IMG/VR virus record: IMGVR_UViG_3300010376_000071
Coordinates: 1 to 40,041 of that record
Source of the DNA: a virus
Lineage: Duplodnaviria > Caudoviricetes
DNA length: 40,041 nucleotides
Direction: 5' to 3' (one strand)
Position numbers and translations under genes: made by a program. Of this stretch, positions 1-10,499 are shown in pieces. Positions within the stretch are counted from its first letter, which is position 1. The number at the start of each line of letters is the position of its first letter. The notes beneath the pieces were generated by a model. The model was not told the DNA's origin, did not search any database, and saw nothing but the letters and a program-made list of their open reading frames with translations.

Positions 1-396
1 CGGGGCGCTCGCCCTCGCCGACGATCCGGCGCCGGCACCCGACAGAATCGCGTCCGCGTACCCGTACCCCGCCTTCAGGTTCCCCGGCCCGGCGTTGTAA
101 GCCGCGAGCGCGTTGCGGACGTTCCCGCCGTACTGACTGAGCAGCGCCCCCATCAGCTTCGTGTACGCCGACAGTGACGCGGTCGGGTCGAACGGGCTCG
201 AGCCCCGCGGCGCGTTCGACGCCCAGGTGCCGGGCATGAACTGCGCGATCCCCTGAGCACCGGCCGGCGAAACCGCGCGCGGGTTGAACCCGGACTCCAT
301 GTTGATCTGCGAGGCGACGACCGATGCCGGGAGGCCGGTGCCCCTGGCGGCGGTGTTGACCCAGCCTCGGTATGCGGAAGGTACGGTTGAAGCCAT
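1..396 (-). CDS. Lytic transglycosylase (SLT domain) virion protein, 3' end runs off the window
   Basis: Manual translation from ATG at 396: MASTVPSAYRGWVNTAARGTGLPASVVASQINMESGFNPRAVSPAGAQGIAQFMPGTW...ALAAYNAGPG. Contains the SLT motifs ES, GxxQ and AYNAG. Not in the ORF track. Confidence 0.9.
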   Translation of the reverse strand, partial: MASTVPSAYRGWVNTAARGTGLPASVVASQINMESGFNPRAVSPAGAQGIAQFMPGTWASNAPRGSSPFDPTASLSAYTKLMGALLSQYGGNVRNALAAYNAGPGNLKAGYGYADAILSGAGAGSSARASAP

Positions 397-450
397 AAAT
401 CACCCGTTTGCGCGATGTTGCGATCGCCCGCGGCGTCCTACGCTGAGGAC

Positions 451-519
451 ATGGCAACGATCATCGTCATCATCATCTGCGGCGGATCGCTGCTCTACTT
501 CTGGTCCGCCGGTCGCTAG
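451..519 (+). CDS. 22-aa hydrophobic micro-protein antisense to the virion operon (MATIIVIIICGGSLLYFWSAGR)
   Basis: Fills the gap between two minus-strand genes. TACGCT (-10-like) at 439-444 and GAGGAC directly before the ATG. Its TAG overlaps the opposite gene's TAG in CTAG. Confidence 0.5.
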   Translation: MATIIVIIICGGSLLYFWSAGR

Positions 520-3500
520 CGGCCCCACCCGCCGCTGCTGCCACTGCCGCCGGTGCCGCCCCAGCCGCCGGCGCTGCCGCCGCCGCCGGTAGCACCCCAG
601 CGTACCTTGCCGCTCACGCCCCCACCGCCGCCGACGTTGGGAGCGCCGCCCGGCGCTGATCTGTTGTAGAGGCGCAGCGGGCGCAGTGCTGTCTCCAGTC
701 CTGCCAGTACACCCCGGCCCGGCGTCTTCGTCTTCGGCGGCAGCGGCAGAAGACCCGGTCCGGTCACATCGTAAGCCGACGCGCCGCCCTCGGCAATCTG
801 CTTGGCCTTCTGATACAGCGGCATGAAGGAGGAGAGACCGCTGTCGAGCATGTACTGCAGGCGCTGCAGGACGCTCGCCGCATGCGCGCTGCTCTGCCCC
901 GGAGCCGATAGGTCCCGCATCAGCCAGTCCTTGCCGCCCGCGCCGAGGACGAACGGCGTCAGCCACGGCTGGATCAGCGACTGGCCCGTCTCGAGCGGGT
1001 CGTTCATGACCCCGAACGGCGAATAGTAGTTCTGGGCGAGGATCTTGCCGCCCCACGGAATCCCGCCCTGCATGTACAGCGGCAGATGCCCCGGCGCGAA
1101 CATGTCGAGCCCCTCCGCTTGACGCTGCTTCTCGGTCCCGATCGTCCCGGCCGCGAGCAACCCGGTCTTCACCGGCATGTCGACCGGCATCCGGGCGAGG
1201 AACCGGGCGCTGTTCAGCCACCACAGGCCGAACGGCGAGTACATCAGCGCCGTCTGGTAGGACGGCGACAGGTCCGTCCACTTGCCGTACATCTGCTCGA
1301 TCGAGGCACGCAGCTGCCGCGCCTTCGCCGGGTCGAGCACGCCGCGGGCGGCGTCTTCGACCATCTGTCCGTGCAATCCCATCGTCCGCTTCCACACGCC
1401 GAGGAAACCCTCGGTCTTCGCTGCGTCCGCGTAACCGTGCTCGCGCAGCGCCGCCTTGCCGAGCCCGGCGACCTGATGCTGCTCCTCGAGTATGTGCTTG
1501 GTGGTGCCGAGCGCGAAGTTCGTCCATGTCTTCCAGGCGGTGCGGGCCTGCCGCGCGCCCGGCGCCTTGAAGAACGCCTCCATCGCCTTCAGTGCCGTGT
1601 GGATCCTCGTGCCCTGCCAGTGGTCGGACACCGTGTACGTTCTGGCCTGCTCGGCCGCGCCGACGTTCTGGCCGCCGGCGAGCTGGGTGCGCGCGCGTGC
1701 GCCCTTCTCCGCATCGATCTGCTCGGCCTTCGAGAGGATGCGCCGGCCGGTGAGCCAGGAGCGCACGCTGACACCGTTGGCGATGTCGCGGACGAGGTTC
1801 TCGAAGGCCACTCCGGGTACATGCTTCGGAGATGTCGCGAGCGCGACGGTGCGGAACTGGTTGTTGAGCGCGCGGATGGTGCGGTTCAGGACGTTCTGGC
1901 TGATCTGGTTCTGGTGCTCCATGACCGCCGCGGCGGCGTCGTTGCGGATGAGCCCGTAGCGTCCCGCGCCGCCCGGCTCGAGCCTCTGGCTGAAGTCGTA
2001 GGAGTGCCGGGCGGCCTCCTCCTCGATGCTCGCCGGCGATTCCTGCATGTGCTCGAGTGCCATGTCGAGCAGCGGTTGCGAATGGAACGGCCCGGAGAGC
2101 CGGATCGGCCGGTAGCCGGACTGTGCGGCTTTCGCCGCCGAGTGCCACGAGTTCCACCAGGTGCCGTCCTCCTTGCGATGCGCGAGGGTCTCGGCGATCG
2201 TGTTCTGCGCGTGATGAGCGTCGACGACGCCCTGCAGGAGCGTGTGGTTCTCGAGCAGCGCAGTGTGGCTCGGGTCGGTGAGGCCGTGCGAGTAGGCGTA
2301 GAGCAGATTCGCCTTCGTCTGCGGCAGCGGACGCTCGGTCTGTTTGACGTACTTCGCCTGGCGCATCGCTTGCTCGCGGTCGAACCGGACACGGTCGGAG
2401 GTGAACGTGGGCATCCGGCCGCCGGTGCCGAGCACGGGGTCGTTGTTGTGGCCGATGATCTCTTCGAGCGAAAGCGGGACGGGTCGTGTCGCGCCGCCGG
2501 CCTGTTTTGCGCCCGTTCCGTACGGCTGGTCCCATAGCAGTTGAGGCTCGGGCCGGACTTTTCTCAGCGCCGCCTGGATCTGGCCGAATGACCAGTCCGG
2601 GTGCTGTTGCGGAATTTCCTCGAGGGCCCGCTCGTACGCGGCGAGCTTCACGGGGTCGACCTCGACGCGGGCGCCCATGTGCGTCTTGGCGTAGTGATAG
2701 AACGCACGCTTCAGGAGCGCGTCCTTGGACATGTCGCCCATGTGCCCCATCGCCGCGGCTTTCGCCTCGACCGGCGTGTAGCCCTCGTGATAGGCCTTGG
2801 CGGCATCGAACGCCGCCTGCGGATCGCGCACGAAAGCGTTGTTGGCGAGCGCGGCGTCGATCTGCGCGATGTAGTCGTCGTGCGCGGCGAGCGCTCGCTT
2901 CGCGTCCTCGCCGCCCGTCTTGAGGTCGGCGAGCAGCTTCGGCCGGGTTGCCGCTACCTGGCTGCGATGTAGCTGCAGATCCTCCTGAACGGTGTCGGGC
3001 CGCCGGATCGTGTTGTCGGCGATCCGGCCGAGTACCCCGGCGCCCGGGATCAGCGTTGGGTCGGGGCCGTAGCGGAAAGTGTTCCTGGCGGCTCCCGCCG
3101 CGCGCGTCGTCCGGCTTGGCCGGACGGCCTCCTGATGTGCGTCGGCGATCAGGCCCCGGTTCACCCGGCGGATGCGCTCGAGCGTGCCGATCGTCTGGGC
3201 GACGCCCTCCTTGATGTGCGCGGCGAGCAGCCGCGGCTTTCTCGGCACGAGCTCGCCGGTGTGGGGGTTGCGCGTGTACTGCATCTTCTCGAGCGCGACC
3301 TGGAGACCCTTGACGTTCGGCGCCGTGCTGTACAGCGGGCGTTCCTTCGTCAGGTTCCCGGTGAGTGCGACCGGCTCCCGCGCCGTCGACAGCGCCTTCC
3401 CGACCGCCGATTCGGGGGCAAATGCCCTGATCGGCGCGGCGGCGAGATGTCCGGCGCCGGACAGCGCGCCCCACCACATCAGCGGCATCTGCACCGGATG

Positions 3501-4334
3501 CTCGAGGAATGATGAGAGCGGATGCTCGGCGCTCTGGACGTACGGGCCGAATTGCTGGGAGGCGAATTGCTTCGCGCTCTTCGCCGCCGCCGGCCAGTTG
3601 CCCTCAGTCGCGCTGCGAATCGCGTTGCCCTCCTCGCCGAGGAGGGTGGCGGTCGTAGGGAGCGCTTCGGCTCCGAGGTTGACGACATCCATCAGCCCCC
3701 TGCTGAGTTCCTTCTCGAGTCCGCTGAGCGGCCTGGCGGCGGCGAGGATGGTGCCCCCGTGGATCGCGCCGGTTGTCCACGATGGGGCCGTCAGGCTTCC
3801 GCCCGTCGCGCCCTTGGGATTGGCGTACGCGCTCGCCGGCCGGGGAAGGCCGGGCACTCGCGTTGGGAGGATGCCGGGACCATGTGGGCGAGCGTCGGGC
3901 GGCGTGAAGTAGTTCTGCAGGTAGTCGAGGATCATGCCGCTCTCCGGGGAGGAGGGGTTCTTCAGTGCCCCGGAGACGACCGCCTGCTGCTGATAAGAGT
4001 TCTGGTGCAGGAATACGTTGATGACGGCCTGCCGGTACTGCGGCGTCTGCTTGTAGGCGGTCTGAACGCTCTCGGGCAGCGGAGACTGAACCGCCTTGGT
4101 CAGAATGCCGGGTCCGTGCGGGCGGGCGTCGGGCACCACCGTCGGCGCGGACGGCGGGTTGACATACGCGGAGCGCGGGCGCGGAGGCGCCACAACCGCT
4201 GTCGGCAGAACACCCGTGCCGTGCGGCAGGGCATTGGGGACGACTGCTCGCACCGGAGGATTGCGGTAGGCCGACGCCGGCCGGGGAACAACGGGCTTGG
4301 CGGCGTTGCCTCGAGGGAGTTCGAGGACGGGCAT
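516..4334 (-). CDS. Large internal virion/DNA-ejection protein (1272 aa)
   Basis: Long ORF with GC3-rich codons, Ala-rich and helical, with a Gly-rich C-terminus. Last of three large genes after the tail genes and before the SLT, as in podoviruses. Confidence 0.7.
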   Translation of the reverse strand: MPVLELPRGNAAKPVVPRPASAYRNPPVRAVVPNALPHGTGVLPTAVVAPPRPRSAYVNPPSAPTVVPDARPHGPGILTKAVQSPLPESVQTAYKQTPQYRQAVINVFLHQNSYQQQAVVSGALKNPSSPESGMILDYLQNYFTPPDARPHGPGILPTRVPGLPRPASAYANPKGATGGSLTAPSWTTGAIHGGTILAAARPLSGLEKELSRGLMDVVNLGAEALPTTATLLGEEGNAIRSATEGNWPAAAKSAKQFASQQFGPYVQSAEHPLSSFLEHPVQMPLMWWGALSGAGHLAAAPIRAFAPESAVGKALSTAREPVALTGNLTKERPLYSTAPNVKGLQVALEKMQYTRNPHTGELVPRKPRLLAAHIKEGVAQTIGTLERIRRVNRGLIADAHQEAVRPSRTTRAAGAARNTFRYGPDPTLIPGAGVLGRIADNTIRRPDTVQEDLQLHRSQVAATRPKLLADLKTGGEDAKRALAAHDDYIAQIDAALANNAFVRDPQAAFDAAKAYHEGYTPVEAKAAAMGHMGDMSKDALLKRAFYHYAKTHMGARVEVDPVKLAAYERALEEIPQQHPDWSFGQIQAALRKVRPEPQLLWDQPYGTGAKQAGGATRPVPLSLEEIIGHNNDPVLGTGGRMPTFTSDRVRFDREQAMRQAKYVKQTERPLPQTKANLLYAYSHGLTDPSHTALLENHTLLQGVVDAHHAQNTIAETLAHRKEDGTWWNSWHSAAKAAQSGYRPIRLSGPFHSQPLLDMALEHMQESPASIEEEAARHSYDFSQRLEPGGAGRYGLIRNDAAAAVMEHQNQISQNVLNRTIRALNNQFRTVALATSPKHVPGVAFENLVRDIANGVSVRSWLTGRRILSKAEQIDAEKGARARTQLAGGQNVGAAEQARTYTVSDHWQGTRIHTALKAMEAFFKAPGARQARTAWKTWTNFALGTTKHILEEQHQVAGLGKAALREHGYADAAKTEGFLGVWKRTMGLHGQMVEDAARGVLDPAKARQLRASIEQMYGKWTDLSPSYQTALMYSPFGLWWLNSARFLARMPVDMPVKTGLLAAGTIGTEKQRQAEGLDMFAPGHLPLYMQGGIPWGGKILAQNYYSPFGVMNDPLETGQSLIQPWLTPFVLGAGGKDWLMRDLSAPGQSSAHAASVLQRLQYMLDSGLSSFMPLYQKAKQIAEGGASAYDVTGPGLLPLPPKTKTPGRGVLAGLETALRPLRLYNRSAPGGAPNVGGGGGVSGKVRWGATGGGGSAGGWGGTGGSGSSGGWGR

Positions 4335-4338
4335 CGCC

Positions 4339-5901
4339 TCAGCCCGTGGCGAAGCCCATCGGCCCGGCCGGGTTCGCCGGGTTCAACGGCGGCGGCGTCG
4401 CCGCCGGCGGGGCGATCGGCAGTTTGCCGCCGATCGTGAGCCCGAGCGAGTGCAGGTAGTTGATGTCGTCGGCGTCGAGGCCCTTGCCGACAATGGTGTT
4501 GTAGGCCGCGCCGAGCAAGCGCCGGTCGCCGACCGCGGTGATCGGCGTCCAGCCCCAGGTGGTGACCGTCTGGGGGCGCCCTGTCTTCGAGTCGATGATC
4601 GACTTACCCTGAGCGTTGAGCTTGTTTTTGGTCGTGGGCATGTACAGACGGCCCTGCAGAAGCGCCTGATACGCCTTCTGCTGAGCGTCACCAGGGCTGT
4701 ACCCCCAGGCCTGCAGCTGATTCGCCAGCTGCCTGAACCGACCCTGCGTCTGAGTGATCGACTTGAGGATCGCGTTCTGGGTAGCGATAGGCGCGGGCTT
4801 TCCGGCGCTCCCGGCCGCCTTCCCCTTGCTGATTGCCAGTCTCGTCTGGGCGTTGTTCGCCTCCTGGACACGCGACCATGCGGCGGAGCCGACGTTGTTC
4901 GGATTGTTGTTCCAGGCGGCCTGCTGCCGGGTCTCGGCGGCGTTCTTCGCGCCCTGCACACGCCCGTACGCCGGGGAGCCCGGGGCGTTCGGGTTCTGGT
5001 TGAACGCCGCCGTGCCCGCGGCCGTGGCCGCCGCCTGCTGCTTGTACCCGAGTGTCCCTGCCGCGATCGCGTAGTTGCGCTCCGCCTGACGCGCCGACAT
5101 CAGATTCGCCGAGAACGCCTCGGCCTTCTTCTGCTGCGCGTTCGTGAGGTTCGTCTGAATCGGCTGCTCGGCGAGCAGCCCGGCGTTCGCGAGATCCCCG
5201 AGCTTCTGCGTCGCCGCCGAGGCGAGGATCCCGGGTGTCTGCCCGGCCCGCGCCGTCTCGAGCGCCCCGACCGTCTGCGCGTACGCCTGGTCGGCCTGCG
5301 CGGTCTGCGCCGCGTTCGCCTTCGCCGCCGCGATGTTCTGCGCGAGCTGATCGACCGCGCCCGGCGGAGAGGTCCCGACGGCCTGCCCGGCCGGGTTCTC
5401 CGCCCGTTGCAGGAAAGCGTCGAGCGCGGATTGGGTCTGCTGCCCGACGCCCTGCATCCCCGAGGCGAGCGTGCCGTAGGCGGCCTCGGTGTTCTTGGCG
5501 GCGTCCTCTGCATACTGCGCGAGGTTCTGGTACGCCTGCTGGGTCTGGTCATGCACGGCCTGTGCGTGCGCCTGAGCCTGCTGCAGCTGCGTCCGGTAGC
5601 CCTTGATGAGCGGGTCGTAGGTCGCGTTCGTGATCGCGTGCACGAACTTCGCGAGCGGCGCGCCCGACAGCTGCTGAGAGGGGTCGAAGATCGGGTTCGC
5701 CCAGTTCACCCCTCCGCCTCCCCCCGGCCCCGAGGGTGCTCGTCCGGGAAGCGGGGTCGTGCGCGGCCCCGGCGCCCACTGCCCCGGGCCGACGGCGTGA
5801 ATGAGCCGCCACTGTCCACCCGCGATCGGGATGTAGTGCCCGCCCGAGACCGGGTTCGCCGGCCGGGTCGGGGACCGCACGGTGGTTGGGGGTAGCGCCA
5901 T
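4339..5901 (-). CDS. Internal virion/ejection protein (520 aa, Ala/Gln-rich coiled coil)
   Basis: Ala/Gln/Asn-rich composition, operon position, 4-nt spacing to both neighbours. Confidence 0.65.
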   Translation of the reverse strand: MALPPTTVRSPTRPANPVSGGHYIPIAGGQWRLIHAVGPGQWAPGPRTTPLPGRAPSGPGGGGGVNWANPIFDPSQQLSGAPLAKFVHAITNATYDPLIKGYRTQLQQAQAHAQAVHDQTQQAYQNLAQYAEDAAKNTEAAYGTLASGMQGVGQQTQSALDAFLQRAENPAGQAVGTSPPGAVDQLAQNIAAAKANAAQTAQADQAYAQTVGALETARAGQTPGILASAATQKLGDLANAGLLAEQPIQTNLTNAQQKKAEAFSANLMSARQAERNYAIAAGTLGYKQQAAATAAGTAAFNQNPNAPGSPAYGRVQGAKNAAETRQQAAWNNNPNNVGSAAWSRVQEANNAQTRLAISKGKAAGSAGKPAPIATQNAILKSITQTQGRFRQLANQLQAWGYSPGDAQQKAYQALLQGRLYMPTTKNKLNAQGKSIIDSKTGRPQTVTTWGWTPITAVGDRRLLGAAYNTIVGKGLDADDINYLHSLGLTIGGKLPIAPPAATPPPLNPANPAGPMGFATG

Positions 5902-5905
5902 CGTC

Positions 5906-6904
<999 letters not shown>

Positions 6905-6908
6905 CGCC

Positions 6909-6986
6909 TCACCTCCTCGAGCGCTCGATAACGGGCCTTACGGAAACCCGGCTGTCACATCTGTCCGCTAGCAATAGCCCGGTCAC
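6909..6986 (-). CDS. 25-aa mini-ORF
   Basis: GTGA overlap with the upstream stop. Ends 4 nt before the next ATG and carries that gene's SD. Confidence 0.3.
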   Translation of the reverse strand: MTGLLLADRCDSRVSVRPVIERSRR

Positions 6987-7303
6987 GGCGCGATCCCCGT
7001 GGCGGTGAAGGTCACGGTCCCATCCTGCGGCGTGCCGGCGGTGTTCGTCGCGAACACGATCAGAGGAACGGACCCGTCGGCAGGGAAGGCCCCGTTGACT
7101 ACGAGCACTGAGGTTGCCCCGGACATCGACGAGGCGACGAACGACAGAAGCGCGCGGAAGCGCGGCGAGAACCGCACGGTGTAGTTGCCCGCCGAGGTGC
7201 GCGTGACCGTGAATCCCGAGCCTTGCGTGATAACCGCCGAACCGTTGAACGTGCCGATCACGGTCGCTACGCGGGCCGGCGCGTCGGCGGGTAGAGACTT
7301 CAT
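6983..7303 (-). CDS. Small beta-rich tail-associated protein (106 aa, MKSLPADAPARV...)
   Basis: GGAGG SD before ATG 7303. GFTVTRTSAGNYTVRF resembles tail-fibre-associated beta domains. Confidence 0.6.
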   Translation of the reverse strand: MKSLPADAPARVATVIGTFNGSAVITQGSGFTVTRTSAGNYTVRFSPRFRALLSFVASSMSGATSVLVVNGAFPADGSVPLIVFATNTAGTPQDGTVTFTATGIAP

Positions 7304-7347
7304 CGCTCGCCTCCAACAATCGCTTTTATCTGAAGGTGATAGCTCAT
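7300..7347 (-). CDS. 15-aa mini-ORF MSYHLQIKAIVGGER, coupled at both ends
   Basis: ATGA overlaps with both the upstream stop (7344-7346) and the downstream start (7303). Confidence 0.4.
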   Translation of the reverse strand: MSYHLQIKAIVGGER

Positions 7348-9083
7348 GAAACCCCCAGGTCCACGGCGTTCTGAGAGTCCAGCGTGTCGAGCACCATGTA
7401 GACGCTCGAGCTGTCGGCATACTCCACGTGATCGCCGGCGTTCTTCGGCGACGAGCTCAGTTGCTGGGCGCCCTTCGCGTACAGCGTCGAGACTTGATCC
7501 TGCGTGAGCGCGTAGGCGCATACGAACGCGTTATCGACCTGGCCGGTAAAGGGTTGCGTCCCATCGGATGACGCGCCGACGCGGAAACGGTTCGCGCCCG
7601 CAAGGGTGATCGCGTTCAGTACGGTCGATCCGCCCACCAGCAGCCCGTCCACGTAGAACTTTCGCTTGACGCCATCGCCGGCCGCATTGTCTTCGGTGGC
7701 GACGGCGTGATGCCACTGCCCATCGGCAATATACGGCCCGAGAATGTTGTCACCTGCGCTGTAGGAGTAGAGACTCCCGTTCGAGCCAAGAACGAACCGG
7801 GCATCAGCAGTGTTGATCGTTCCCCAGGCCACTACGCCGGATGTCGTTACCGACGTCGTCTTGAGCCAACAGCCCCAGGAGCGCGTACCCGTCCCTGACG
7901 GTAGCCCGGCGTCCGTGCTCGAGAGCGATTGCGAGCTCGCCGCCACGAAGTTGTACGCGCCGTTCGCCGACCCGTCCGCGCCGGCGACGGCGACGGCGGC
8001 GCCGTTGTTCGTGAGTGTGACGTTGCCGGTTCCCTGGTCGGTTAGGGCGCCGGCGGTGAAGTTGTGCAGGCGGAGCGGCTGCCCGCCGGGGAAGTCGGCG
8101 ACGGGGTCGAGCGCGGCGCCCTTCCGGGCCCGGCGGACAGCTAGATTGAACGTGGAAGGAACAGCCCCGAGCGTATGTGCGATCTTCGCGCAGTACAGAC
8201 CGCGGACCTGATCGGGGGAGAGCACGTCCGCGGTGACGAACGCCTCGTCGACGCGGCCAAAATTCGGGTTGCTGGCGGCGGTCGAACCATCAGCGGCCTG
8301 TGCGCCAATATCGAGCACGCCACTGCCAGAGAAGATCGCGCCACTAACGGATAACGAAGCCTCAAGCACGGCATCCACGTATATGCGCTGCGTCGAACCA
8401 TCGAACGTCGATACGGCTTGATGCCAACGATCATCGGCGACGTTCGATATGCCGAGACATGAACTCGCCGCCGTGCCGTCAGGGCTCACCCAGGCGGCGA
8501 GCACGTTGCTCGTGTAAAGAAAAAGCGCGTAGCAATACTGGCCAGCCGCCGCACTCGCCTTGGTGACGAGATGTTGATAAACGCCGGTCTTCGCCGTCCT
8601 AAACCAGCATCCCCACGATCCGGTCTTGATCCTGAACGGGTCGGCGGCGCCCGTATCGCTGATGTAGAGCGCTTGCGCGGTCGAGCCGGTGAACTGCGCG
8701 GCGGTCGCCGCAATCCCGTTGATCCCTGACGTGAACGCGACAGCGCCCTTGTTCGTGAGCGCCCGCCCGTTCCCCGAGGCGTCGGTGAGGTCGGAGAGGT
8801 TCCAGAGCCCGGCGGGCGCGGACAGGCCAAGCGCGGTGAAGTCCGCGGCGGTGAGCTGCCGGCCGGCGCGGATCTGATTCGCGACCCCGACATCCCGAAC
8901 CTGGGAGGCGGTGAGCACCGGGGTGCCGCCGCCCGTCGTCGGGGTCATCGAGATCCACGCCGTGCCGTTCCAGAACTGGAGCGTGTTGCCGGTCGAATTG
9001 AAGTACTCCTCGCCCGGGGCGGGAGACGCGGGGGCGCTCGCGAGGCGCGGGGGCCTTAGGCGACCGACAATGTCAGGGGACAC
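7344..9083 (-). CDS. Tail fibre/receptor-binding protein with two tandem LamG/ConA-like lectin domains (579 aa)
   Basis: Two copies of SWGCW(F/L)(R/K)T...D(D/G)xWH(Q/H)AV.T...YVD...F.G.VD.AFV, the LamG-like pattern. The N-terminal PGEEYFNSTGNTLQFWNGTAW is a fibre shaft-type motif. Confidence 0.85.
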   Translation of the reverse strand: MSPDIVGRLRPPRLASAPASPAPGEEYFNSTGNTLQFWNGTAWISMTPTTGGGTPVLTASQVRDVGVANQIRAGRQLTAADFTALGLSAPAGLWNLSDLTDASGNGRALTNKGAVAFTSGINGIAATAAQFTGSTAQALYISDTGAADPFRIKTGSWGCWFRTAKTGVYQHLVTKASAAAGQYCYALFLYTSNVLAAWVSPDGTAASSCLGISNVADDRWHQAVSTFDGSTQRIYVDAVLEASLSVSGAIFSGSGVLDIGAQAADGSTAASNPNFGRVDEAFVTADVLSPDQVRGLYCAKIAHTLGAVPSTFNLAVRRARKGAALDPVADFPGGQPLRLHNFTAGALTDQGTGNVTLTNNGAAVAVAGADGSANGAYNFVAASSQSLSSTDAGLPSGTGTRSWGCWLKTTSVTTSGVVAWGTINTADARFVLGSNGSLYSYSAGDNILGPYIADGQWHHAVATEDNAAGDGVKRKFYVDGLLVGGSTVLNAITLAGANRFRVGASSDGTQPFTGQVDNAFVCAYALTQDQVSTLYAKGAQQLSSSPKNAGDHVEYADSSSVYMVLDTLDSQNAVDLGVS

Positions 9084-9666
9084 TTGTAGCTCCTCGCTCT
9101 AGGTTGTGGCGCGTGATGTGGCAAGAGGCACAGCGAACATCACACTTGGCAACCTCAGCCCAGATCGCGCTTGCGGAGCGCGTGCCGCCATCCCCAATGG
9201 TGAACGACTTGGGCTCGTCTGGCCTGTGATCAAAGTCCAACCTACCATCGGTCGTCCCACAATCGACACAGCCTTTCGTTCGTTTGTAAGCATCAAGAGC
9301 ATCGCGCTGCGCCACCCGGCGAGCATGTTTGTAGGCAGCCAGGTGTTCGCGATTGTTGCCGCTCCACCGAGCATGATTCTCGCGTGCCCGATCCGCATTC
9401 TCTTCCCGCCATTGCTTCGCCTTCTTGTGGGCGTAGTCTGCGTTTTCCTCGCGCCATCGCTTGCTGCGCGCGAGTTCCTTCTCTCGGTTCTCCTGATACC
9501 AGCGCTTTTTCGCCCCAAGCACATGCTCACGATTCTTCTCACGCCAGCGCTTCTGCCGTGCGCTTTCGCAAGCCTTGCACGAAGCGAAATAGCCATCCGT
9601 CGAACGACTTCGACGAGAGAACGCGGTGTATGGCTTCTCAACCTTGCAGGTTGAGCAAGTCTTCAT
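9073..9666 (-). CDS. Free-standing HNH endonuclease with N-terminal CxxC and repeated WREEN-like helices
   Basis: [11 protein letters not shown]...CKAC; CVDCG...LDFDH...[10 protein letters not shown]...H. ATGA-coupled start at 9666; lower GC than its neighbours. Confidence 0.85.
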   Translation of the reverse strand: MKTCSTCKVEKPYTAFSRRSRSTDGYFASCKACESARQKRWREKNREHVLGAKKRWYQENREKELARSKRWREENADYAHKKAKQWREENADRARENHARWSGNNREHLAAYKHARRVAQRDALDAYKRTKGCVDCGTTDGRLDFDHRPDEPKSFTIGDGGTRSASAIWAEVAKCDVRCASCHITRHNLERGATSVP

Positions 9667-10499
9667 CGCACCAGCGTGATGAGGCACGAGTTAGCAGCTT
9701 GCGATGCCGCATAGGTGATCGTGACGTTGCCTGAGGCGTCTACGCTCACGTCAGGGTATTCTACATTACCCGTCGCGTTATTTTGGCACTGAACGTAGAT
9801 CCCGCGGCCGGCGGGAAGACCGTGCGTCGCCTGGGTGATCGTGATCGTCGTCCCGGCCGCGTGCGTAGCGTTGTTCGAGTAGTAGCCAAGCCCGGCCGGG
9901 CCCTGTGGCCCAGTGGCTCCAGCGGGCCCCTGCGAGCCCTGCGATCCGGTCGCGCCCTGCGGCCCTGGCACGCCCTGCGGACCTTGCGGGCCGACAGGCC
10001 CCTGCGGGCCGATCGGACCTTGAGGCCCCTGAGGCCCGGGCGCCCCACCACCGGCGCCGCCGGCGGTGAACATCACCTCCACCTGCCGGTTGTTCAGGGG
10101 CATCGACGCGGATCCCTTGACGAACGTCAACGGGAACGACATGTAAGTGCCGTTGTCGGTGGCCGCCCCGAGCGTGTAGCGCCCCCAGCGGGTCGAGTCG
10201 TCCTGCTCCTGCAGGTACACGGCATCGCCCGACTGAAGAGCCGAGAGCAGGTTCGTCGCATCCAGGCCGGGGTCGGTTGTCTTGGCGATGTTCAGGATCG
10301 TCGCCGACGCCCAGCTCGCCGTGTTCGCGCCGACCTGCCCGGAAGCGACCGCGCCCGTTCCCGTCGTCCACCGCCATATCCCCGACAACGTCGTGCCGCC
10401 CCCGGTCGACGCGGCCGGCCAGTGCGTCTCGAGCCACTCGAAGTTGTACTGGGCGTCGACGAGGTCGTGCAGGGCGCGGTACGGGAACGTCGTCGGCAT
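9663..10499 (-). CDS. Collagen-like (Gly-X-Y) tail fibre protein (278 aa)
   Basis: Start [10 protein letters not shown] at 10499, TGATG-coupled. About 16 GPQ/GAT triplets. The longer ORF-track start overlaps the upstream gene. Confidence 0.8.
   Translation of the reverse strand: MPTTFPYRALHDLVDAQYNFEWLETHWPAASTGGGTTLSGIWRWTTGTGAVASGQVGANTASWASATILNIAKTTDPGLDATNLLSALQSGDAVYLQEQDDSTRWGRYTLGAATDNGTYMSFPLTFVKGSASMPLNNRQVEVMFTAGGAGGGAPGPQGPQGPIGPQGPVGPQGPQGVPGPQGATGSQGSQGPAGATGPQGPAGLGYYSNNATHAAGTTITITQATHGLPAGRGIYVQCQNNATGNVEYPDVSVDASGNVTITYAASQAANSCLITLVR

Noticed and set aside
400-3477. 1025-aa overlapping ORF and other long alternative-frame or antisense ORFs (e.g. 14774-16519, 18023-20278, 21637-23280, 36637-38262)
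   Set aside because: Arg/Ala/Pro-rich shadow frames of GC3-biased genes, with no motifs or SD support.
9894-10040. 9-bp-like tandem repeats
   Set aside because: Explained by collagen Gly-X-Y coding.
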